Assembly: GCA_964540865.1 (NCBI GenBank)
Contig: CAZION010000007.1
Location: 17,130 to 81,129, forward strand
Source of the DNA: an uncultured Victivallis sp.
Lineage (GTDB): Bacteria; Verrucomicrobiota; Lentisphaeria; Victivallales; GWF2-50-93
Reading direction: 5' to 3'
Length of the DNA: 64,000 bases
The notes beneath the pieces are model-generated. The model searched no databases, had not been told where the DNA came from, and worked only from the letters and a program-made list of their open reading frames with translations. The position numbers and the translations under genes were made by a program. Below, piece by piece: positions 55,850 to 64,000 of the stretch; position 1 is the first letter of the stretch, and each line of letters starts with the position of its first letter.

Positions 55850-57859
55850 ATGCCGATAATCAGTGAAATAGGGAAGCGCAGTGCGAAGGTCAGACTTCTG
55901 TACGTTGCTATATATCTTGTCCTATCGATTGGGGCCCTGACAATGATTTATCCCCTGCTGCTGATGCTTTCAGGCTCCGTGAAAAGCGAGGCGGACTCAT
56001 GGTCCATCAAACCCTATCCGGAGTTCTGGTTCGATGACCTGATTCTTTTCCAGAAGTACGTCGAATCGAAGTATGATGTCCTTCCTCAGGACGCGCAACA
56101 GGCCTGGTGCAAGCCGGTCATGAGCTGGCATACAATTGAAAAACCGCAACAGGTTCCACCTGAAATGATTCGTGATTTCCGCAGCTGGCGTGCAACAATC
56201 CCATCGGAACAAAGGGTCGTCGGAAATGTTTCAGGGGGAGGGGTTCTCCCTAAAAACCTCCGTTCATACCGCAACTACATGTCCCGTAAATACAGCAACG
56301 ACTTGGACGCCTACAACCTCGCATCCAACCAGCTTTGCGGTTCCTGGAACAATGTCAATCTGCCGGCAGAGATAATAGGACGCTACAGGAACCGCAGCCT
56401 GCCCGAGGAATTTTTGCAGGAGACCATCAAGTGGCGTGCAACAATTCCTCCGGAAGACCTGAACATGGAAAGTGTCCGTGGACATTATGCGCTTGGTTAT
56501 CTCTACTGTGTGTATACGAGCCAAATCGAATCCTACAACCAGGCGCACGGCACGAACTACAATAGCTACTCGGAAATTCCGTTTCCCAGCCGCGTCCCGG
56601 CCGAAGCCGGACTTGTACGGCAGGACTGGACGAATTTTGTCCGTAACGAAGCCAGGTTGTCCAACATACGGCTTGATGCCTCACTGGAACCCGCATTTCG
56701 CAGTTTCATCAGGAGCCGCTACGATTCGATTGGGATATTCAACAATGAGCATAGCACAAGCCTGGCAGGCATGGATGCAATTCCATTCCCATCCGAAATA
56801 AACGATGCGCCCTATATGCGTCAGGACTTTGAAGGTTTTATAAAGTCGCCCGCAATCTGCCCCATTGAACTCATCAGCATTTACGGCACCGATGAAATGT
56901 TTCAGGAATTCCTGGTGAAGAGACATGGCAGGATTCCGGAAGGATATCCCGGTCTTGGCGCTGTAGCCGCCGCCACGGAATGGGCTGACTGTTTCGATAA
57001 CAGAAAAGCTGTGCGCTGGGAATTCACCATGAGAAACTATTTTCAGGTGTTGGACTACCTGGCCGTGCATGGGAATGGACTCATGAACACCTTTATCTAC
57101 TGTTCTCTGGCAGTCATCTGCGCGCTTGTCATCAATCCGCTTGCAGCCTACGCCCTGAGCCGTTTCAGGCTGCCATGCACCTACAAGGTACTTCTCTTCT
57201 GCATGGCGACAATGGCGTTTCCGGCTGAAGTCACGATGATCCCATCATTCCTTCTTCTGAAGAGATTTCCGATGTGGCCGATAATCATTGGTCTTGTCGT
57301 GACAATCACTCTTTTCCTGATTCTGGAAAATTGGATGGTGAAATGGAAAGAGAGCTGGCGTGCCCTTCTTTCTTTGGCGGCCGGTCTTTTTTCGGGCGCA
57401 ATAATCTTTCCCGCAATCGCCCCAGATTTTTGCACTGTAAGCCTGCTCAACAGTTTTGCCGCGCTTGTCCTTCCCGGGATGGCAAACGGATTTTCCATTT
57501 TTCTTCTTAAAGGTTTCTTTGACAGTATGCCCAAGGAACTCTACGAAGCGGCCGACATCGATGGTGCCGGGGAAGGGACGAAATTCTGGATGCTGACGAT
57601 GAATCTCTCAAAGCCGATCCTTGCCGTAATCGCACTGGGAGCTTTCACAAATGCCTACTCGGCGTTCATGATGGCCCTGATCATAATCCCAGACCAGGAG
57701 ATGTGGACCATCATGGTCTGGATATTCCAGCTCCAGACCCAGGTTTCCCAGCCAGTCGTCTACGCGTCGCTTGTAATCGCCGCCGTTCCGACATTCGTCA
57801 TATTCGTGCTTTGCCAGAACGTTATCATGCGCGGCATTGTAGTGCCGACGGAAAAATAG
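55850..57859 (+). CDS. MalG-type carbohydrate ABC permease with a large extracytoplasmic insertion
   Basis: MIYP...M.SGS.K; ~350-aa soluble loop; NY, NT, AAYALSRF, EAA loop MPKELYEAADIDGA. Confidence 0.88.
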   Translation: MPIISEIGKRSAKVRLLYVAIYLVLSIGALTMIYPLLLMLSGSVKSEADSWSIKPYPEFWFDDLILFQKYVESKYDVLPQDAQQAWCKPVMSWHTIEKPQQVPPEMIRDFRSWRATIPSEQRVVGNVSGGGVLPKNLRSYRNYMSRKYSNDLDAYNLASNQLCGSWNNVNLPAEIIGRYRNRSLPEEFLQETIKWRATIPPEDLNMESVRGHYALGYLYCVYTSQIESYNQAHGTNYNSYSEIPFPSRVPAEAGLVRQDWTNFVRNEARLSNIRLDASLEPAFRSFIRSRYDSIGIFNNEHSTSLAGMDAIPFPSEINDAPYMRQDFEGFIKSPAICPIELISIYGTDEMFQEFLVKRHGRIPEGYPGLGAVAAATEWADCFDNRKAVRWEFTMRNYFQVLDYLAVHGNGLMNTFIYCSLAVICALVINPLAAYALSRFRLPCTYKVLLFCMATMAFPAEVTMIPSFLLLKRFPMWPIIIGLVVTITLFLILENWMVKWKESWRALLSLAAGLFSGAIIFPAIAPDFCTVSLLNSFAALVLPGMANGFSIFLLKGFFDSMPKELYEAADIDGAGEGTKFWMLTMNLSKPILAVIALGAFTNAYSAFMMALIIIPDQEMWTIMVWIFQLQTQVSQPVVYASLVIAAVPTFVIFVLCQNVIMRGIVVPTEK

Positions 57860-58226
57860 CGTATATTTCTCCAGAACACCTGCTGAAAATATTTGATCGA
57901 TACGTTGAGTTGACACTGGACTCTCAGTTTTATCTGGTACGAATACCTTATGCTCTACCATAGTGCTTATTCAATCCAGAGGACTAAGACCGGCAGGCGC
58001 TCCTATGGTGACAACCGCACCGATGTGATCTTCCCCCGGTTTATAGATTCCAAGTGTCCGAGTTATGAAGGAGAAAGACACAACTAGGGTTGTGAACAAC
58101 ATGTTCGGTATTTGGTATTTTTCAAAACTTTGTGCCTCTGTGCCTTTGCGCCTCTGTAACTATTCTATAAAAGTTGCGGCCCTTGGTCGCCTAATTAATC
58201 TCCAGTGGCCTGGCGCTAACGCCAAT

Positions 58227-59240
58227 TTAGCAACTCCAGGAGCTGGACAGGCTTACTGTTTTTGCAATCTCACACAGGTTTGAGTTTTTGACGCGCAGGG
58301 GGATTGCGCACTCAGGGGAGACAAGGCTGATGCCGGCATCCAATATTTCAGTTACCTGTTTCCTTACATCTGTTGCAGCGCCGTTCAGCAGGACATCCGG
58401 ATTATTCACGCAGCCGGTGAGTTTCATTTTTTTCACAATGCTCGTGGCTGTTTTTAAATCATTCTTGGAATCGAAGTGGAATATCCTGAAGCCGGCCTCT
58501 TCAAAGAAAGCCATCCTGTCGAGGGTTCTGCCGCAGCAATGCAATATCAGGGTTCTTTCTCCGAAGTGCCTGTTCAGTTCGCGGTGTATCGGCAGAAGCA
58601 GGTCCTTATAGGCTAGGGGGCTCACCAGATCCGCAGTGGCGTGGTCTGCTATGGTTACCACATCGGCTCCAGCCTCGAACTGCGCTTCGGCAAAAACAGT
58701 TGACACCTGTTTGAATGCATTGAGAAAACCGAGCGTTCTTTCCCGTTCGGTGATGGTGTCCATGAGGAAGTTTTCCATCCCGTAAAGATGATATGATAGA
58801 GTCCACGGGCCCATGACCTTCCCGATGATCAGGGTGTCAGGATGCTTTTTTTTCAGCAACTTGATTGAGTCAAGTACGGTTTTGATCGGTAGCCGGTCCA
58901 GGAAATCCACCGGCATCTTGAAATCATCAGGTTCGGAAAAGGCGTGACTTCTCTGCGTGGGCAGCGTATCGGAAGTTCCCCAGTCTATTTCGCAGCCGAA
59001 CGCGGCCGCTTCCTGCACCACGCTGAAGTACGGCATCACACTGTCAAATCCTAAGTTTTCAAATCCATATGCCGCCAGGGCTGCCATCTTGTTGGCGTCG
59101 AGATGGGTTTCGTTGAATACAAAACCCAAAGCCGAACAGCTTTCAGCGGTGGCTACGGATGTCGGGTTGATGACGGCATGCCCGCAGAAACCGTTCCCAT
59201 TGATCAGGTTGAGCGCCCGTTCCCTTGAATTCAGTCTCAT
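58227..59240 (-). CDS. MtaA/CmuA-like (UroD superfamily) methyltransferase
   Basis: EAAAFGCEI.WG, KVMGPWTL, Q.EAGAD, LHCCG, GCVNN, SPECAIP (H-x-C...C Zn ligands). Confidence 0.9.
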   Translation of the reverse strand: MRLNSRERALNLINGNGFCGHAVINPTSVATAESCSALGFVFNETHLDANKMAALAAYGFENLGFDSVMPYFSVVQEAAAFGCEIDWGTSDTLPTQRSHAFSEPDDFKMPVDFLDRLPIKTVLDSIKLLKKKHPDTLIIGKVMGPWTLSYHLYGMENFLMDTITERERTLGFLNAFKQVSTVFAEAQFEAGADVVTIADHATADLVSPLAYKDLLLPIHRELNRHFGERTLILHCCGRTLDRMAFFEEAGFRIFHFDSKNDLKTATSIVKKMKLTGCVNNPDVLLNGAATDVRKQVTEILDAGISLVSPECAIPLRVKNSNLCEIAKTVSLSSSWSC

Positions 59241-59340
59241 TGGCAGATCTCCTTATTAATTATGCGGCCACCCAGTCATCCGACGGGGCAAGAGGGCCGC
59301 AACTTTGAATGCCTAAATAAATTCCAAGCTCCAAATTTAC

Positions 59341-59505
59341 GTCAGGCGCTTCGGCCTGACCTTGGAGTGCTGTAACTTGTTACAGCCTTGTTCAGAGGAG
59401 CTTGCTCCTCGTCTAACTGACAAGCAAGCTTGTCAGAAGAAAGGCGGTACCAAGGTACCGCACTCCAAGTGCGAATTTCGCAATTCGCAGAAGATGAATT
59501 TCAGA
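59341..59505. repeat. Multi-hairpin REPIN-like element, copy B
   Basis: Same architecture as 7298-7472. Confidence 0.85.
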
Positions 59506-59774
59506 GTTTAGAAAATAACTGTTCAAAACATTGAAATTCCTATACGTGCACTTAGCCGGCTTAGCCGGAACTTCAAATACAATAAAACCTATGTGTCTCT
59601 CTGCCTCCGTGGTTGAAATACAATTTCCCATACAATTCAATTATTTCCAGAGAAACTCTTGATTAATAAAAATTGAAACATTATAATAATAATATGAATA
59701 TTTTATTTTGCAAACCTGGTGTGAGGTCGCGGTTCTTTTGTTCTTTTCTGTATCTGTAAAAAAATGGAGTAAGC

Positions 59775-62081
59775 ATGCGAGCTTTTATTATTATATCATT
59801 TTTCCTGTCTCTGAACGCGCTGGCGGTCTCTGCTGCTGACCTTGTCAAAGACGGAAAGCCGGCGGCGGAATTCGTTCTGCCTGCGGAGCCCTCCGATGCG
59901 GAAGCCTATGCGGCAATGGATGTCCGTTCATTGATTGAAAAGATGAGCGGAGCGAGGCTGAAGATCCTCGACGCGCCAAGCAAGGATAAAAATACAAAGA
60001 TACATGTCGGGACTGAACTTGCGGGTCAATTCAAGGAAGACCTTTCCAAGCTCAAGGACAATGACGGATACGCGATACGCCAGAATGGCGACGACATATA
60101 TATATTCGGAAGCCGTCCGCGCGGCACGATGTACGGACTTTACGCGTTCCTCGAAAACAACACCGATATTATTTTCACACGCCCGAATGCAAGGTTCGGA
60201 ACCGTTTACAGCCAGTATAAGGATATGCCGGTCAAGGCGGCTGATACAATAGATATCCCGAAATTCATCTACCGTTCATTCGGGCCGGGATATCCTGGAC
60301 ATCAGGCCACAGGCGAATGGCAACTGAGGAACAGAGGCGGACAGTTAGGTCGGCCGTTCCCTGATTTCATGCTTGACCAGTTCGTGACATACGGTACAAA
60401 TTTCCCGGTTCCGATGACGAAGTATTTTCCTGAACATCCTGAATATTTCGGATATAATCCAGATACGCGGCAGAGAAAAGGTGTCATGCACGGAGAAGGA
60501 ACGCTGTGCCTGATGGGGAAGCCTGAAATTCCAGAACTCTGGGCAAAGGGGCTTCTCGAGCTTGTTGAGGCGCAGGAGAAACGGACAGGGAAAAAGGTTG
60601 AATTTGTGCATATAGGCCCGGGAGACAACTGGTATTGCTGCCGCTGTGAGGAATGTCTCAAGCCGCTGAAACTTGAGGACGGCTCCACTCTTGAATGCAA
60701 GGATCCGGATTCACAGAAAGATCCGCTTTTCCGTTCGACCCAGATATTCTCTTTCCTTAATAAAGCAATGGAGACATGGGGCAAGCTACGTCCGGACACC
60801 AAGGTCAATGTGCTGGCATACATACATTTTGCCGAACCGCCGAAGGTGAAACTTCATCCGCTGCTCGGGATTTACTTCGCTCCGTATCCGACAAACACGA
60901 TGCACTTCCCGCTCCTTGATCCGAGGCAGCATTCGCCGTGGCGCGAACGTTTTGAAAAATGGCTTACAATGTCGGACAACCTGGGTTTCTACGAATACTA
61001 TTATTCTAAACCGAACATCCTGGGCTTTTACGCGGCGGAGAACCTGCGTGCAGTATTGAAGAATAAGGATTCAAAACACGCAGCCATATATTCGGAATTT
61101 GACAACGACCGTGGCTCAAGGGGGATTGGTGAAAACGCATTCGGATGGGATGTCGGCCTTCTCAACACGTGGGTTATCGCTAGGTTATTCTGGGATCCGA
61201 CCCAGGATGTGGACAAACTTTATGAATACTGCATCCAGCGTACATACAAGGAGGCAGCGCCTCAGATGACACAGTACTACAAGCTTTTGAGAAAGAGCTG
61301 GATTGAAGATGAGAACGACAAGACTGTTGATGCCGCCCATGCCGCGATCGGCCCGCTCTACGATAACATGATCGTCAAAAAGGGTTACGAGGAACAGATG
61401 ATGAACATTCTGGCTGAAGCTGAAAAAGCCGCCCAAAATCCAAATTCAAAGCATCTCGTCAAACGCATGAGGGAGCGTTATGCCTCCTTCTCAAAGGGGA
61501 TGAACAGGCTTTTTGTAGCCAACGCCCCGGAAGCCTTGACGGATGGAGGTTCGTTCTCTTCACTCCAGTGGGAGAAGTCTGAAACTCTGGATGATTTCAA
61601 AGTCACAACCCGAATCGGAAAGGTCGCGGAGCCGTCGGGATACACATCGATAAAAGCAATGACCGACGGTAGGGAGCTACTGGTCCGCTTCACTGCCGAG
61701 GGAAACACTTCGAAACAGAAGGTGCTCGTGCCAGTAGGGAACACTGAACTCTGGCCGCTCGGGGATCATGTTGAATTATGGCTGGCGCAGGGGAATGACA
61801 GGTACGTATTCGCTTTCAACTCGGCAGGGGCCCTGTATGATGCGAAAAACCTTGACCGCAACTGGAGTTCAAACGGGAAGCTTGAAGTCAGAAAAGACGG
61901 GACTAAGTGGGATGCGATCCTTCGGATCCCCCTTGAAACATTCAAGCTGGCCCCGAAGCAGAAAACGAATCTCCAGTGGTTTGCAACAAGGGAACTCACC
62001 AGGGAAGACGGAAGCCCAGAGGAAATATCCTACGCTGGAAAAGTGCTTTACAACAGTTTCCTGCAAACGGTGATGGAATAA
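59775..62081 (+). CDS. DUF4838-like secreted protein (GH67/GH20-like N-domain, barrel, C-terminal CBM9-like domain)
   Basis: DGY.I...G..PRGT.YG.Y.FLE, HPEYF, GD..YC.CE.C, LAY..F..PP, YEYY, ARL.WDP..D, WDAILRIP. Confidence 0.82.
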   Translation: MRAFIIISFFLSLNALAVSAADLVKDGKPAAEFVLPAEPSDAEAYAAMDVRSLIEKMSGARLKILDAPSKDKNTKIHVGTELAGQFKEDLSKLKDNDGYAIRQNGDDIYIFGSRPRGTMYGLYAFLENNTDIIFTRPNARFGTVYSQYKDMPVKAADTIDIPKFIYRSFGPGYPGHQATGEWQLRNRGGQLGRPFPDFMLDQFVTYGTNFPVPMTKYFPEHPEYFGYNPDTRQRKGVMHGEGTLCLMGKPEIPELWAKGLLELVEAQEKRTGKKVEFVHIGPGDNWYCCRCEECLKPLKLEDGSTLECKDPDSQKDPLFRSTQIFSFLNKAMETWGKLRPDTKVNVLAYIHFAEPPKVKLHPLLGIYFAPYPTNTMHFPLLDPRQHSPWRERFEKWLTMSDNLGFYEYYYSKPNILGFYAAENLRAVLKNKDSKHAAIYSEFDNDRGSRGIGENAFGWDVGLLNTWVIARLFWDPTQDVDKLYEYCIQRTYKEAAPQMTQYYKLLRKSWIEDENDKTVDAAHAAIGPLYDNMIVKKGYEEQMMNILAEAEKAAQNPNSKHLVKRMRERYASFSKGMNRLFVANAPEALTDGGSFSSLQWEKSETLDDFKVTTRIGKVAEPSGYTSIKAMTDGRELLVRFTAEGNTSKQKVLVPVGNTELWPLGDHVELWLAQGNDRYVFAFNSAGALYDAKNLDRNWSSNGKLEVRKDGTKWDAILRIPLETFKLAPKQKTNLQWFATRELTREDGSPEEISYAGKVLYNSFLQTVME

Positions 62082-62092
62082 AGGAGTTGAAA

Positions 62093-63034
62093 ATGAAAAA
62101 TATTCTTGCATGCGCAACACTTATAATGGCTGCTGCTGTTTTTGCGGCGGAGCCTTTTGACACCGGATTCAAGTCCGGCAATATTGCAGACTGCCTCGAA
62201 GCAAAAGGCCTGGACCAGGCGAAGGTGCTTTTCAAAGACGTCGATGTAAAGAAAGTGCTTTCAATCTCAAACGGTGCAACGGCTTCATTCATTGAAATAC
62301 CTGTTGAGCCAAGGACAAAATACACATTGGAGTGCGAGGCTTCTTTCAGTGGATCGGAGGCGATAGAAGAAAACCCGCGGCTTGAACTGTTCACCAGGCC
62401 GGGTGCGCGTCCGCCCAACCAGCCGGTCAAGGAAATAATGTTCTTTGACGCCGAAGGCAAACAGGCGGGTGTGCTGGCCAGCGGGCTTGTTTTCAGGAAC
62501 AGGACATATACGGACGTGTTTTACACCCCTGCAAAAGCCGTATCCATGAAGCTGAGGCTCAAATCACCTAAAGATGTGGAACTTCTCGTTCAGCAGCCCA
62601 GGTTATTCAAGACCTCGGACGAGGGTGCGATAAATGTCAATCCGGAGTTCAAGCTCGGGTTATGCAACTACTCTGGCTGGGGAAGCCCAGCCGCCGGGGG
62701 GCAGATAGTCGAGGAAAACGGCAAAACCGTCTTCGATACAAAATACGGAACGTTTAGCCAGCCATTCCCGCTCAAGGAGGGCGGCACATATGCGCTTTCC
62801 GCAAAATTCAATGGCAACGGATACAATACATGTGTCATCCTCCATGTCCTCAACGAGGAGGGGAAAAACATAAAGGAGATAAGTATCCGCGGAAATCAGA
62901 CGAGCTATTTCGTGATGCCGAAAGATGCCGTCTCAGGTCGTTTCCTCGTTTACAGCAGCATGCTTGAAGAAGTCAGGCTGAACAGGGTTGGAGACGACAG
63001 CAAAATAGATGAACTCTTAAAAGCGAAAAAATAA
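62093..63034 (+). CDS. Hypothetical secreted protein with carbohydrate-binding-like beta-sandwiches
   Basis: Start reassigned to ATG 62093 (AAGGAG RBS, signal peptide MKNILAC...VFA); VEP.TKYTL, F.TP, NP.F..G. Confidence 0.7.
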   Translation: MKNILACATLIMAAAVFAAEPFDTGFKSGNIADCLEAKGLDQAKVLFKDVDVKKVLSISNGATASFIEIPVEPRTKYTLECEASFSGSEAIEENPRLELFTRPGARPPNQPVKEIMFFDAEGKQAGVLASGLVFRNRTYTDVFYTPAKAVSMKLRLKSPKDVELLVQQPRLFKTSDEGAINVNPEFKLGLCNYSGWGSPAAGGQIVEENGKTVFDTKYGTFSQPFPLKEGGTYALSAKFNGNGYNTCVILHVLNEEGKNIKEISIRGNQTSYFVMPKDAVSGRFLVYSSMLEEVRLNRVGDDSKIDELLKAKK

Positions 63035-63050
63035 AGGGAACATATTATAT

Positions 63051-63749
63051 ATGAATAACATTAAAATAATTATTGCATCGGCGCTGATTCTTTCTGTTGC
63101 GTTCGCTGCGACAGCCCAGGTTCCAGCCGCTGCGCAGACGGCCCCTGCACAAACCGTGGCACAGGCGCCCCAGTTCATAAAAGTTGCCTCGGCGGCAAAA
63201 GACTTCCCGGATTTCGATTCGAAAATATGGGAGTCGGCAGGAACAGTTTCAAACTTCAAAGTTCCGCCTCCGCGTGAGGGTGGGAAGGCGACAGACCCGG
63301 TTCAGCCTACGGAAGTGAAGCTTATTCATGACGGGACAAACTTCTATTTCAAATTTGCCGCGACCGATTCCGAAGCTGCAAAGATGAAAGTGCAGGAATA
63401 TGTGGATGATTACTATGACGAGTTCCCTTATGCCGACCATATGGAAATATGGATGAATGTCTTTGGCGCAAAAGTATTCGCTTTCGATGTCAACGGAAAC
63501 AAGTCGACATGGCAAAGCTATGAAAAGAAATATTGCCACGGGTTCAAAGTGAAAACGAGGCGTACTGACAAAGGCTGGGAGGCGGTGGTCGCTATTCCTC
63601 TTGCAGATTCCTTTTACAACAGGAACATGCAGAAGAGCATCGGCCTGTCATTCGTCCGAAACACGGATCACGGGAAAGACGGGGTGGAGCGTTCCACATC
63701 GACCGGGAAGATTCCGTCTGCACTTGCAAACATTCCTATTGCTGAATGA
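63051..63749 (+). CDS. Secreted CBM9-like domain protein
   Basis: Signal peptide; W..A...F, PTEVKL.HD...Y..F, D..E.W, GWEAVVAIPL. Confidence 0.75.
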   Translation: MNNIKIIIASALILSVAFAATAQVPAAAQTAPAQTVAQAPQFIKVASAAKDFPDFDSKIWESAGTVSNFKVPPPREGGKATDPVQPTEVKLIHDGTNFYFKFAATDSEAAKMKVQEYVDDYYDEFPYADHMEIWMNVFGAKVFAFDVNGNKSTWQSYEKKYCHGFKVKTRRTDKGWEAVVAIPLADSFYNRNMQKSIGLSFVRNTDHGKDGVERSTSTGKIPSALANIPIAE

Positions 63750-63763
63750 GAAAGGTGAATGAA

Positions 63764-64000
63764 ATGAGAAAAACTGTTTTTGCGATTTCCTTTATAACGG
63801 CTGCGACTGCTGTTTTCGCCTTAGCCCCGTTCAATGACGGATTCGAGGGGGGACGAACCCAGTCCTGCATCGAAAACACGGGGGCGCTCTATGAAGACGC
63901 GGCCATGTTGAAGGTTGAAGGCATGAAGGGGAAAAACTGCCTCGCCCTGAGATACGACAATGAAACTGCCGCCGATTTCCATCCGGTGCCGGTTGCCCGA
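63764..64000 (+). CDS. 5' part of a secreted protein, likely paralog of 62093-63034
   Basis: Not in ORF track. MRKTVFAISLITAATAVFALAPFNDGFEGG...C... resembles MKNILA...VFAAEPFDTGFKSG...C; open to the window end. Confidence 0.7.
   Translation, partial: MRKTVFAISFITAATAVFALAPFNDGFEGGRTQSCIENTGALYEDAAMLKVEGMKGKNCLALRYDNETAADFHPVPVAR

Noticed and set aside
61976-62092. N-terminal extension of the 352-aa ORF
   Set aside because: It overlaps the upstream gene; the RBS and signal peptide support ATG 62093

Overview
About 50% GC window from an anaerobic, saccharolytic bacterium, most likely PVC superphylum / Lentisphaerota. This is an inference from the FTLIELLVV...H-X9-DG pseudopilin, several PQQ-like beta-propellers, UroD-like proteins, a DUF4838 protein and a fused SBP-permease. 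Five blocks: (1) 1-15 kb, a minus-strand redox cluster: fused NuoE/NuoF-like (HydC-HydB, Bfu-type) flavoprotein, Fer2-GltD-like partner cut by the window edge, NapH-like membrane Fe-S protein, Tat-signal polyferredoxin, NHL and PQQ-like propellers, interrupted by a RelE/ParE TA pair and many palindromic REP/MITE-like elements; (2) 15-29 kb, an AraC-flanked carbohydrate locus with a 1516-aa multidomain protein, lipoprotein, pseudopilin and deacylases; (3) 29-48 kb, a DeoR-associated sugar/amino-sugar catabolic region with a phased triple AATCA motif at three promoters; (4) 48-58 kb, a divergent two-subunit ATP-citrate lyase (aclBA-like) plus icd, then two unusual ABC permeases; (5) 58-64 kb, an MtaA/UroD-like gene and a DUF4838/CBM9-like secreted cluster. 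No rRNA, tRNA, CRISPR array or intact transposase was seen. All family calls come from motif recognition by eye, not database searches.
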